A stretch of 64,000 bases of DNA from a virus (Duplodnaviria; Caudoviricetes). Made by a program: the position numbers and the translations under genes. The stretch lies in IMG/VR virus record IMGVR_UViG_3300009701_000005, positions 1-64,000 of that record. One strand, written 5' to 3'. Numbering within the stretch: the stretch's first letter is position 1; every line of letters starts with the position of its first letter. A model generated the notes under the pieces. That model saw only the letters and a program-made list of their open reading frames with translations. It made no database searches and was not told the DNA's origin. Positions 9,143 through 17,955 of the stretch are shown here, one piece after another.

Positions 9143-9868
9143 CTAATCTATAACCAATGGGTGAGTTGGGCAATTGGTCGGCCCGTCAGTCTGTAAAACT
9201 GATTCCCTAACGGGACGTGAAAATTCGAATTTTTCCTCACCCATCACTTCTTTCAGAGATGGGGCTACAACCAGGTACCCCTGGTACTTTAGAACATCTT
9301 CGCACAGCTTTAAGAACTCTGGTATAAGTAAATCGCTTTTAGCCCTATTAACTTCGGCGCTTAAAATGCCGCAATTAGATAGATCATTAACGCCTCCTTT
9401 GCTAGAGGGTACTATATGATCTAACTCCCAGCTTCGAGTATTTTGTATATCTATAGGTCTGCCTGATAAATAGCAAACAGGGTTATCCCCAATCTTTTCT
9501 TGTAATTGTTTAGGTGTGAAATTTAACTGGGATGCAGGCATATTTTTAATTTCGTTAGTTTTGTGGAAACTTCTTATTTTGAGATAGATATTTTTATCCA
9601 AAAAACTTTTTACGCTTCTCTTTTCTTTATTAATAGGATAAGAATAAAAGGGTATAGATTTTCTATATAAAAAATGTTCAATTTTGGGAATAAAAGGATC
9701 TGATTTTCTTCGTTTTTGCCTCCTGACAGAAGACTTCTTTTTTTGACCAAAACCTACGTGGTAAGATATAGTTCCTTTTGAACATCCAACTATTTCCGAA
9801 ATTTTGTTATAAGAAAAACCTAACTCACGTAATTCTAGTATTTTTTGCTTTTTTGTTTTTTCGTCCAT
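9143..9868 (-). CDS. HNH homing endonuclease with N-terminal helix-turn-helix
   Basis: ILELRELGFSYNKISEIVGCSKGTISYH; ELDHIVPSSKGGVNDLSNC...VNRAKSD; lone - strand gene. Confidence 0.85.
   Translation of the reverse strand: MDEKTKKQKILELRELGFSYNKISEIVGCSKGTISYHVGFGQKKKSSVRRQKRRKSDPFIPKIEHFLYRKSIPFYSYPINKEKRSVKSFLDKNIYLKIRSFHKTNEIKNMPASQLNFTPKQLQEKIGDNPVCYLSGRPIDIQNTRSWELDHIVPSSKGGVNDLSNCGILSAEVNRAKSDLLIPEFLKLCEDVLKYQGYLVVAPSLKEVMGEEKFEFSRPVRESVLQTDGPTNCPTHPLVID
9159..9243 (+). tRNA. tRNA-Tyr(GTA), no encoded CCA
   Basis: Acceptor GGGTGAG/CTCACCC, anticodon arm TCAGT-CTGTAAA-ACTGA, long V arm, TTCGAAT loop; followed by TCA. Confidence 0.85.
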
Positions 9869-9914
9869 ATCGATATATTATACAATATTTTTGATAGGAT
9901 AGAAACTAACAAAT

Positions 9915-9944
9915 TGCAATAAACCCCCTCATTTTTGGTATAAG
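9915..9944 (+). promoter_or_regulatory. Phage promoter variant TGCAAT-N18-TATAAG
   Basis: Recurring motif. Confidence 0.65.
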
Positions 9945-9979
9945 TATAGTACCATAAACTTATCTGAGGTGATGGAATC

Positions 9980-10735
9980 ATGGCTGCAACAAAGAACCCT
10001 GGAACCAGTACAACTAGCCATAGACCTAAAAGGAATTCAAAGTTGGGCAGTTCTATAAGCCAAGCTTTGAAAAAGGCTCAAAGCTCTATGGATTCAAATC
10101 CCCCCTCACTCCCTGCTGTAAAACGTAAGCCTGCCGCAATACCAGCGTCGGCTACGATAACAGTAGCAACAATAATAACAAAGCCAGTGGTTCCTCTGCC
10201 GCCAGTTGAGTCTATGGAAGGTGCTGTAATAGTGGAGGAAGATCTGACTAACCCCCTAGAGTCGTTTAATATACCCAGCTTTTCTCGATTGCACTTGGAC
10301 GAGGATATGTTAAGCATCTCCTTGAACTTGGAAGATCAAGAAATGAAGGTGTTGGAATCTGTGGAGGAACCGGAATCTTCTCAAACCAAACCGATTATCG
10401 ATGAAGAGGCACGTATGGGAACAAACGGCTCTGAAGACGAAAATGGGGATGACGATGACCGGTTGGAGCAATTGACTAGAAGTAATAGCAATATCCATCT
10501 GATTGTCGATCATACAGCTGAATTAGAGGCAGAAGCTGCCCGCCAATCTGAGGAAAAACTTCTTACCGTAATGAGGGCTTACATGCAAAATACCAACAAC
10601 CAGACTAACTCCGCCGTTGATCAGAATAAATCCCTGTTCGGCGAATGGGATTACAAGGCTAAGGTCGGAGCAAGCATATTAGGGACTGTAACCGTAGCAG
10701 GGGTATTTATATTCCTGTTGGTAAACCGTTCCTAG
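9980..10735 (+). CDS. Disordered protein with C-terminal transmembrane anchor
   Basis: S/P/K-rich then acidic low complexity; ASILGTVTVAGVFIFLLV near C-terminus; own promoter, SD and terminator. Confidence 0.75.
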   Translation: MAATKNPGTSTTSHRPKRNSKLGSSISQALKKAQSSMDSNPPSLPAVKRKPAAIPASATITVATIITKPVVPLPPVESMEGAVIVEEDLTNPLESFNIPSFSRLHLDEDMLSISLNLEDQEMKVLESVEEPESSQTKPIIDEEARMGTNGSEDENGDDDDRLEQLTRSNSNIHLIVDHTAELEAEAARQSEEKLLTVMRAYMQNTNNQTNSAVDQNKSLFGEWDYKAKVGASILGTVTVAGVFIFLLVNRS

Positions 10736-10755
10736 TACTTCAGTAACAGGTAGTA

Positions 10756-10789
10756 AAGAGCCCTTCCTAAAAAGGTTGGGCTTTTCTTT
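10756..10789 (+). terminator. Intrinsic terminator
   Basis: aaagagccc...gggcttttcttt. Confidence 0.6.
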
Positions 10790-10861
10790 TAGTGAAAATT
10801 TACGAATATGAAATATGAAAACAGATCCAAACAACGCTTGTGGTAATTCTGAAGAGAGAGA

Positions 10862-11137
10862 TTGATATGGGCTTTTATACATGACTTTTTAGCTCATCCA
10901 ATTATGGCCATAACTCTATGGGGTAAATGGGCTTTAGCGTTTCACGATTATACTTCTAATAGAGCGTGGCCTCGTGTTATAATGAAGCCTGCTAATGATA
11001 TTTACAAAATTAAGCATCCAAATGTAAATCATATTTTTGTAACGAAGGCTAATTCTAAAGAAGAAGCAGAAGTTAAAGCATATGATTGGTTCAAGAGTTT
11101 AGAAATTCAATTAGGCGGTAATTTTATATTGGAATAA
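10862..11137 (+). CDS. Hypothetical protein (WAFIHDFLAHP...AWPR), possibly frameshifted from ATG 10815
   Basis: TTG start overlapping TGA of a 16-codon upstream ORF. Confidence 0.55.
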   Translation: MIWAFIHDFLAHPIMAITLWGKWALAFHDYTSNRAWPRVIMKPANDIYKIKHPNVNHIFVTKANSKEEAEVKAYDWFKSLEIQLGGNFILE

Positions 11138-11142
11138 TTAAA

Positions 11143-11841
11143 ATGAAAAAATTGTTTTTAGCCGTAGCGTTAAGTGCAGTATTTAGCAATGCTTTCGCAC
11201 AAGAAGTAAAAGTTGATTTCGGAGTAACTAAGTTTACTCAAGTATCAAACGGTAATTGGTATCAAGAAGGCTTTCCTTATACCCTAAGACTGACTTCTCC
11301 AACAGCATCGATTAAGATCTTCACTGACAAAGGAGAGAGTGGCTGGCAATATGGCCTAGGATTCGATTATATGGGCCGTGTGACCTCCGATGCGATGGTT
11401 CTGGACTCAGATGCCAACTACAACGCAAACAGTCCTACGCACTGCAATGGACCTTGTGGACCCCTTTCTCATATGCAGGGTCAAGGAACTATTCCGAGTG
11501 CTTTTTTAGCTGCACGTAAGAATTATAGTACTTGGTTTTATGAAGTAGAAGGATACGCAACTCGCCCTAATTATGAGAATACTAATTATGACTGGTATGG
11601 TGGACCTAATAATTCTGTAGGACCTTTAGTATCTCATATTGACCATCAAGTTAAGACTACTTATGGATTAGGGCTGGCATTAGGATATAGACTTACCGGG
11701 GCTGATAGTGTAATGTTTAAACTGATTCCTACTGAGGCTAAGAATTCGCAATCAGATCCCCTCGCACCTTCTGGCACGGCTTATTACAAGGCTGTGTATG
11801 ATAAGGAATCGTTCAGTATTGTTTTGGAGCATTCATTCTAA
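11143..11841 (+). CDS. Secreted outer-membrane beta-barrel-like protein
   Basis: Signal peptide MKKLFLAVALSAVFSNAFA, alternating aromatic strands, C-terminal Phe (SIVLEHSF). Confidence 0.65.
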   Translation: MKKLFLAVALSAVFSNAFAQEVKVDFGVTKFTQVSNGNWYQEGFPYTLRLTSPTASIKIFTDKGESGWQYGLGFDYMGRVTSDAMVLDSDANYNANSPTHCNGPCGPLSHMQGQGTIPSAFLAARKNYSTWFYEVEGYATRPNYENTNYDWYGGPNNSVGPLVSHIDHQVKTTYGLGLALGYRLTGADSVMFKLIPTEAKNSQSDPLAPSGTAYYKAVYDKESFSIVLEHSF

Positions 11842-12140
11842 TGGTTAAGATAGATCAAGAATACTACGCAGTTAAAGATGTTAATGGCATGCTACTTAAA
11901 GGTAGAGGCAGCAGTACCAATGGACTATATAGTAGTGAAAGCAAAGCTTTGAGCCATATAAACAAGAATATCAAGTTTTACGAGAGATGGTTGGAGCAAG
12001 CAAAAGGTAGGCTGGAAAAAGCAACTGACAGGCAGGAAAAAATCAATTATTATAAACAGATACAGAATTATAATGCAGTTCTTTGGGAATTGCGATCCCA
12101 TAAACTGATTAAGATTAAGGTTGTAGAGGTGGGGACGTGA
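11841..12140 (+). CDS. Hypothetical protein
   Basis: TAATG overlap. Confidence 0.7.
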   Translation: MVKIDQEYYAVKDVNGMLLKGRGSSTNGLYSSESKALSHINKNIKFYERWLEQAKGRLEKATDRQEKINYYKQIQNYNAVLWELRSHKLIKIKVVEVGT

Positions 12141-12496
12141 CTATAACGTTACCAACATTAGCCGAACGTGCTCTTGGATTTAGGTTTGAGACTATAGCCG
12201 ACTGGTCGATAGATACTTTATCTGTTCAGTCAGAAATATCCTATATGAGTAAAGAACAAGCCTCGAAGTTGACTGCGGAAGATCTACGTAATTCAATGGA
12301 TTATTATTTCCAAGCTAAAAAAAAGATCGAAGTTTTACTGAATAGCCAATTAAATAGCTTAGCCACCTCAGAAATTTACCATCAAGAATTCGGAGTATCT
12401 GAAGTAAGTAAGCGTATAAGTTCTTGTAGGAACTATATAGATTCTTATAATAAAACTCTTCAAATGCTAGGTGAAGAATTAGATAAGCGTTTTTAG
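12137..12496 (+). CDS. Hypothetical protein
   Basis: GTGA overlap. Confidence 0.7.
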   Translation: MTITLPTLAERALGFRFETIADWSIDTLSVQSEISYMSKEQASKLTAEDLRNSMDYYFQAKKKIEVLLNSQLNSLATSEIYHQEFGVSEVSKRISSCRNYIDSYNKTLQMLGEELDKRF

Positions 12497-12507
12497 AACG
12501 TAAATTT

Positions 12508-12774
12508 ATGAAAATGGAAAAAGTAGTACATTGTAAAAAAGGGCACCATGATGTTTACATAGGTAGGCCTTCCAAATGGGGCAATCCGTTCATCATAGGT
12601 AAAGATGGTACTAGAGAAGAAGTTATACGAAAGTACGAGAATTATATACTTGGATTTCCAGAATTGCTTGAACAATTATCTGAATTGAAAGGCAAAGTTC
12701 TAGGATGTTGGTGTAGACCTGAGGCATGCCACGGGGATGTATTAATTAAATTAGTGGCTGAAAGAGTCAAATGA
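12508..12774 (+). CDS. DUF4326 family protein
   Basis: DVYIGRPSKWGNPF...LKGKVLGCWCRPEACHGDVL. Confidence 0.85.
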   Translation: MKMEKVVHCKKGHHDVYIGRPSKWGNPFIIGKDGTREEVIRKYENYILGFPELLEQLSELKGKVLGCWCRPEACHGDVLIKLVAERVK

Positions 12775-12950
12775 GTTATAATTATATAGGATCTAAGCTT
12801 GAAAAAGTCAAAGAGATGACTGAAGAAGAGTTTGAACAAGCTACAGAGAAAGCTTTAGAAGAAGGATTACCCCATCTAACCTCTTGTTGTAAAAAAGAAG
12901 TTAGAGATATGGGTGGAGGCTGTTTATCTTGTGGAGATCCCTGTTTTTAA
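12771..12950 (+). CDS. Small Cys-rich hypothetical protein (59 aa)
   Basis: ATGA overlap; CC and CLSC motifs. Confidence 0.6.
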   Translation: MSYNYIGSKLEKVKEMTEEEFEQATEKALEEGLPHLTSCCKKEVRDMGGGCLSCGDPCF

Positions 12951-12962
12951 AAGGAAAATAAA

Positions 12963-13643
12963 ATGAAACGAACTATTGAAATACGAGCTGCAGAAGGTGG
13001 CGAAGACGCAAAATTATTTGCAACAGATTTAGGCAAGGCCTATCAGAAATATTTCACTAGTATCGGCTGAAGGAATCAGGTCTCCAGTCAACGTGGAATA
13101 GATTACGTAATACATGTTGAAGGGGAAGACCTTTCAAGTTTAGATGGGGAAGCTGGCGGCCATCGCGTTCAACGCATACCTCCCACGGAACGAAATGGAC
13201 GAGTTCATACAAGTACTGTAACAGTTGCAGTTATAGATTCAAGTATTAAATGTAATACGCTCGCAGATAGTCGAGAAGAAAGTGACTTCAAAATCGAATG
13301 GTATAGCGGCACTGGTTGTGGAGGACAGTACCGAAATAAGCATCAAAATAGCTGTAGATTGACGCATATTCCAACCGGATTAGAGCAAACAGCTCAGACT
13401 AGAAGCAGAACTAACAGTTATAACTTAGCCAAAACAGAGTTATTAAAAAGATTGGATGAGCTTGTTTTTAGTCAAAATAGCAGTAAAACGGCTGAGAACA
13501 GAAAGAAGCAGGTAGGAAGCGGAATGCGTGGAGATAAAATACGAACCTATAGATTCCAGGATGATACTTGTACTGACCACCTTACTGGTAAATCAGCCCC
13601 CTGTTCTCAGATTATGAAAGGTAAGTTCAACTTATTAAGGTAA
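12963..13643 (+). CDS. prfA: Class I peptide chain release factor, RF1-type, lacking domain 1, with in-frame TGA at 13068-13070
   Basis: IEIRAAEGGEDAKLFA...IG*...EAGGHRVQRIPPTERNGRVHTSTVTVAV...GTGCGGQ...THIPTG...DKIRTY, all one frame from ATG 12963. Confidence 0.88.
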
Positions 13644-13644
13644 T

Positions 13645-13844
13645 ATGGTAATGCTAAAAGAGACTAGAGAAACCCAAATTTATACCTCTGAAACTGGATG
13701 GATTAATGTTCATTGGGAACAATTGGAAAAGGGGATATAATTCGTATGAGAGAAGCTGATACTGAAGATTGGGAAGAACCCTTTATTATGACCCAAGACC
13801 CCTTTTTAAAGGTAGATAATAAATTAAGTATCAAAGGACTATAA
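13645..13844 (+). pseudogene. Small ORF broken by an apparent -1 frameshift near 13730
   Basis: Frame from ATG 13645 stops at 13740; the -1 frame continues plausibly (GDIIRMRE...) to TAA 13844 abutting next ATG. Confidence 0.45.
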
Positions 13845-13845
13845 T

Positions 13846-14112
13846 ATGGCTTTAGAATTGACACAGGAAGATCTTGATAAGATCAATATGGCTAATCAAT
13901 TGGAAAATGCCTTTGAACAAATCAAGTTAATGCATCAAGATAAAATTAACGAATTACTAAATGGTATCTGTACTAGAGTAGGGCCTGACGCTACTTTTGA
14001 TGAATTAAAGGAATTTGCAAGTAAATTACCGCCGGGATTTTACAGGGCTGAAATGTACGATTTAGCTAATCAACGCAAAGAAGCTGAAGAATGGGCAAGT
14101 GAACATTATTAA
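13846..14112 (+). CDS. Hypothetical protein
   Basis: ORF with aagga SD. Confidence 0.7.
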   Translation: MALELTQEDLDKINMANQLENAFEQIKLMHQDKINELLNGICTRVGPDATFDELKEFASKLPPGFYRAEMYDLANQRKEAEEWASEHY

Positions 14113-14124
14113 CGGGGGATTAGC

Positions 14125-15180
14125 ATGGGCGGCAACGCGCTTAAACATTTAGGCACTACTCGTAAAAGCAGTGATGAATACTTCAGTATAGCTGCAGACG
14201 TAAAAAGTAAACTGAGGCAGGCATTCTCTGGTGTTACGGTAATGCTTATAGATTCCTACTCTGAAAAAGAATCGTTCGGGGATATTGATATTCTTATCAG
14301 TAAGGATCCTTTGCCCGCAAATTGGCTCGACGTAATTAAGGCGGAGTTTAAACCTCAAGAAATCATTGATAATTTAGTAGTATCTTTTGATTATAAAGGT
14401 ATTCAGGTAGATCTAATCCCGACGCCTATGCATGAGATGAATATAGCCTTTACCTATTATTCATTTAATGATTTAGGGAACCTCATCGGGAGAATAGCCC
14501 ATAAGATGGGGCTGAAATACGGCCATAACGGCTTGTGGAAAGTTCTACGAGAAGACACTAGGGTAATAGCAAACATACTAGTATCCGATGAGCCTAAGGA
14601 AATTTTCAAATTCTTAGGCTACAATTATGAACGGTTTAATGAGGGCTTTGACACTTTAGAGGATATTTTTGTATTCGCGGCTTCAACGCCTTATTTTCAT
14701 AGAGATATCTTTCAGTTGGATAATATGAATCACGTAAGTAGGGTTAGAGATGCAAAGCGCCCAACTTACACGGCATTTTTGAAATGGATTGAAGATAAAC
14801 CTGAGTTAGATAAGTATACTTGGTATCCATATTCCGATCAAATGCTAGAGTCCTCTGAAAAGGAAGCTGTGAAATATGAATGGCTTCAAAAGGGGTTGTC
14901 TACTTTTCCAGATTTCAAGACTAAATACAACATAGCAATTCGGGAAGATGCGTTAAATCTGAAATTCAAGAAGAAGTGGAACGGAAAACTCATTGGAGAA
15001 GTTACCGGTTATACTGGTAAAAAATTGGGTTTTCTAGTAAAATGGTTAACTGACCCTAGTCCATCGTTTCGGGATAAGATACTGGAAATGACAGAAGTAG
15101 AGATTAAGGACATGATTTTCAAAAGTCTTCCTATTTATGAATCTATTTGGCTAGGTACGGAAGGCGAGAAAGTGAAGTAA
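14125..15180 (+). CDS. Pol beta-superfamily nucleotidyltransferase-like protein
   Basis: MGGNAL, KESFGDIDIL (GDxD), QVDLI, YYSFNDLGNLIGR. Confidence 0.7.
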   Translation: MGGNALKHLGTTRKSSDEYFSIAADVKSKLRQAFSGVTVMLIDSYSEKESFGDIDILISKDPLPANWLDVIKAEFKPQEIIDNLVVSFDYKGIQVDLIPTPMHEMNIAFTYYSFNDLGNLIGRIAHKMGLKYGHNGLWKVLREDTRVIANILVSDEPKEIFKFLGYNYERFNEGFDTLEDIFVFAASTPYFHRDIFQLDNMNHVSRVRDAKRPTYTAFLKWIEDKPELDKYTWYPYSDQMLESSEKEAVKYEWLQKGLSTFPDFKTKYNIAIREDALNLKFKKKWNGKLIGEVTGYTGKKLGFLVKWLTDPSPSFRDKILEMTEVEIKDMIFKSLPIYESIWLGTEGEKVK

Positions 15181-15259
15181 AATCTTCACACCTTGCCATT
15201 TCACCGATAAATTGCGAACTTGTGGTATAAGAGTATTACAAATAAAGCATAGGTTGAAA

Positions 15260-15538
15260 ATGGAAGATAAAACCATAACTGAAGTAATAGGGGCTATTCT
15301 CTCTATATTATGTTTAGGGTCAATTGTTTTACTGGTTGTTTTATGTTTACGTTCTTGTGATAAAACTAGACAAGAACCACTTTCAGTATTTGACAAATAC
15401 CTATTGGAACATAAATGCGAACCTTTTAGTGTAGAACCAACTGGTAATAAAGTTTATTGTGGTAAAAGTTGCATGAGAGATGAACTTAGACATGATTATC
15501 TATGTGAAAATGGTAAGCATTTAATAAAGGTAGATTGA
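15260..15538 (+). CDS. Membrane-anchored hypothetical protein
   Basis: N-terminal TM helix. Confidence 0.65.
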   Translation: MEDKTITEVIGAILSILCLGSIVLLVVLCLRSCDKTRQEPLSVFDKYLLEHKCEPFSVEPTGNKVYCGKSCMRDELRHDYLCENGKHLIKVD

Positions 15539-15666
15539 TGAACTTTAAACGTAAGAAATCCAAACGGAATGTCAAATGCACTATTTGTACAAAATTCCGC
15601 TGGTTAGGTAATACCAAAGGCAAACGCCGCATCTCCGATCAACGTAAAATGCAGGAGGCGGAATGA
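15538..15666 (+). CDS. Small basic protein MNFKRKKSKRNVKCTICT (42 aa)
   Basis: TGATG overlap, CxxC. Confidence 0.6.
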   Translation: MNFKRKKSKRNVKCTICTKFRWLGNTKGKRRISDQRKMQEAE

Positions 15667-15833
15667 ATATTATTGAACGTCACCCTATAGCGATGAAAAA
15701 TTTAAGGCATACTATTAAATCACTTGGCCAGTCGACTAAGTTAACTGCTGAGCAATTAAAATGTAGCGGTTTTTCTTTTGAAGCAGCCCATTACTTAGTA
15801 ACAGGGTATCTTCCCAGGAAATGGACTACATAA
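15663..15833 (+). CDS. Small hypothetical protein (56 aa)
   Basis: ATGA overlap, fills gap. Confidence 0.55.
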   Translation: MNIIERHPIAMKNLRHTIKSLGQSTKLTAEQLKCSGFSFEAAHYLVTGYLPRKWTT

Positions 15834-15834
15834 A

Positions 15835-16374
15835 ATGGCAGGTAGTCCTAATGTATTCCTTATTTCAGATACTCATTTTAGACACGCAGGATCAGTAAAG
15901 TGGTTGGAACCAGATGGTTCTAAGACTCGTGAATTCGAAACTTCTGACGAGGTAGACGAATTGATGATTAAAAATTGGAATAAAACAGTTAAGCCTGTAG
16001 ATAAAGTGTATCATCTAGGGGATGTGTCAATGGGTACTAACTCAGCAGTTTCCGAAATTCTTAAACAATTGAACGGCACCAAAGTACTGATTAAAGGCAA
16101 TCATGATATCGGTAAATTGTCATGGTATGCTGAACATTTCAAAGATGTGAGGGGTAGTTGGCAATTAGGGGATTATGTATTGACCCACATTCCAGTTCAC
16201 CCCGGTTCTTTGTTTAGATGGCCTAAGGGTAATTTACATGGACACTACCACAAAAATCGTGTAAAATTAGAATCTGGTGAAATTGATCCACGCTACATTT
16301 GTATGAGCGTAGAGCAAATTAATTACACTCCTTATCCATTTGAAGGACTTAAAAACTTAACACCGCGGGTATAG
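15835..16374 (+). CDS. Calcineurin-like metallophosphoesterase
   Basis: SDTHF, HLGD, KGNHD, THIP, HGHYH motifs. Confidence 0.88.
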   Translation: MAGSPNVFLISDTHFRHAGSVKWLEPDGSKTREFETSDEVDELMIKNWNKTVKPVDKVYHLGDVSMGTNSAVSEILKQLNGTKVLIKGNHDIGKLSWYAEHFKDVRGSWQLGDYVLTHIPVHPGSLFRWPKGNLHGHYHKNRVKLESGEIDPRYICMSVEQINYTPYPFEGLKNLTPRV

Positions 16375-16437
16375 CACAACTGGTTAGTGCAACTGCCTTC
16401 CAAGCAGAAGATATCAGATCATACCTGATTACTCGCT
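16365..16437 (+). tRNA. tRNA-Gly(TCC) with atypical T-loop ATCATAC, no CCA
   Basis: Acceptor GCGGGTA/TACTCGC, D arm GCAC/GTGC, loop CTTCCAA, U73. Confidence 0.75.
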
Positions 16438-16458
16438 CTCTCCCTCCAAATTAACAGT

Positions 16459-16484
16459 AACGGCTAAAAGATTAGCCGTTTTTT
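16459..16484 (+). terminator. Intrinsic terminator
   Basis: aacggctaa-aaga-ttagccgtttttt. Confidence 0.75.
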
Positions 16485-16497
16485 CTTTTAGTGACCT

Positions 16498-16941
16498 ATG
16501 AATATTGCAGAAAGAATTGAAGCTTTCGATAAACTCAAACCTGAACTTAAAAAGGAATTTGAGGAATACGTACGTAATAAAACTATTCCGTTGGATGAAC
16601 GCTGGAAGGTATATCTAAAATCCGGTGGTCAATTTAGCCGTACAGAAAGTAGTATATACCACGGATTGGATTTTATCTTCGGAGAGAGTATTGATAGTAA
16701 TGGCTACGTCCGCAAGCATCTCTGGCACGAAGACGAACAATACGATAGATACCGAACTTTAAGCATGGTTGACGTGGTGAGTATGTTTAAAGGTCAAATA
16801 GCTTACATAGCAGAAGGTAAGATCGATAAATATAGTAAGTATTTAACGGAATATCAATGTTTCAAAGAACCAGATATCCTTTATAGAGTTAAAGAACAAA
16901 TCTTGGAAGATAATATCTGGGCATTCGTGTTTGATTGGTGA
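16498..16941 (+). CDS. Hypothetical protein
   Basis: 147-aa ORF. Confidence 0.75.
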   Translation: MNIAERIEAFDKLKPELKKEFEEYVRNKTIPLDERWKVYLKSGGQFSRTESSIYHGLDFIFGESIDSNGYVRKHLWHEDEQYDRYRTLSMVDVVSMFKGQIAYIAEGKIDKYSKYLTEYQCFKEPDILYRVKEQILEDNIWAFVFDW

Positions 16942-16948
16942 GATAAAA

Positions 16949-17380
16949 ATGGGTGATAATTTAATTTATAAAACCAAATTTGCAATAGGAGACTGGTCCT
17001 ATGACGATCATGGCCGATCCGACTGGTTTCTAGTAAGTAGTAATAAAACTGTTGAACAATTACGGGAAGCGCATTTCAAGGCTAAAGAGGTAATAGGTTT
17101 TGATCCGGGAGCGATGTGTGGGAGCTATGAGGAATATAGTCTTTCAAAAGAGCACATTGAAAAGCTAAAGGCGGCAGGAGTATCTTTAGAAATAGATGGG
17201 ACGCCCGAAGCGCCCTCTACCACTTACTTATTAATACTTTGGCTGGAATGCCTACGTGTAGCAGAGCCGGACTTGTTGTACATAATCCACGATGATGATG
17301 AGGTTCCTACTATGCATTTTTACGGGGTGGATGAAAAAGGTAGGTATGTGAATGTTCCAGGGTATGGGCTGTTATCATGA
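16949..17380 (+). CDS. Hypothetical protein
   Basis: ATG 16949 after ggtgag SD. Confidence 0.75.
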   Translation: MGDNLIYKTKFAIGDWSYDDHGRSDWFLVSSNKTVEQLREAHFKAKEVIGFDPGAMCGSYEEYSLSKEHIEKLKAAGVSLEIDGTPEAPSTTYLLILWLECLRVAEPDLLYIIHDDDEVPTMHFYGVDEKGRYVNVPGYGLLS

Positions 17381-17643
17381 TCGACGTAGCCGGAACAGTT
17401 ATTCAGGAAGGTGACATAGTTGCCGTTACTAGAGTAGGATGCCCCGAATTAAGAATGGCAGTAGTAATTGGATTTTCTGCTCAAAAGGTTAGGGTGAGAT
17501 TAGATCCTCCGTATGACTATTATGAGAAGAAAAATGAAAAGAATAAGATTGCTACCAAATTTAGTAATCAGGTAGCAGTAGTTGTAATCAAGCATCGGGG
17601 TAAATTGACAACAACTGGTAACAAAAAGGCGAAGCTCAAATGA
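17377..17643 (+). CDS. Hypothetical SH3/KOW-like protein
   Basis: IDVAGTVIQEGDIVAV pattern. Confidence 0.65.
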   Translation: MIDVAGTVIQEGDIVAVTRVGCPELRMAVVIGFSAQKVRVRLDPPYDYYEKKNEKNKIATKFSNQVAVVVIKHRGKLTTTGNKKAKLK

Positions 17644-17954
17644 GTAAAGCAAAACGTGAACTTCAACTTAAACAAGAAGAAGATCGGCGAGAAAGAGAAT
17701 CTCAGCATAGAATACATAGAGAACGGGAACGTTTTCGAAAAGCGTTATATGACACCATGAACGGCTCTGCTCGTCGTGCAGCAATAATGGAGTGGCTAAC
17801 CAAAGAATATTCCTCCGGTCTAGTAGTAAATCGCAGATACCACCTGCAAGTCAAAGAGGATAGGGATCTTCAGAGGTTAATTAAAGAAGGTAAATTAAAG
17901 TTGACCAGAAATGGCCGACGTTATTCTAAAATTTCGTATTTAGTAAAGGCATAA
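17640..17954 (+). CDS. Hypothetical basic protein
   Basis: ATGA overlap. Confidence 0.7.
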   Translation: MSKAKRELQLKQEEDRRERESQHRIHRERERFRKALYDTMNGSARRAAIMEWLTKEYSSGLVVNRRYHLQVKEDRDLQRLIKEGKLKLTRNGRRYSKISYLVKA

Positions 17955-17955
17955 A

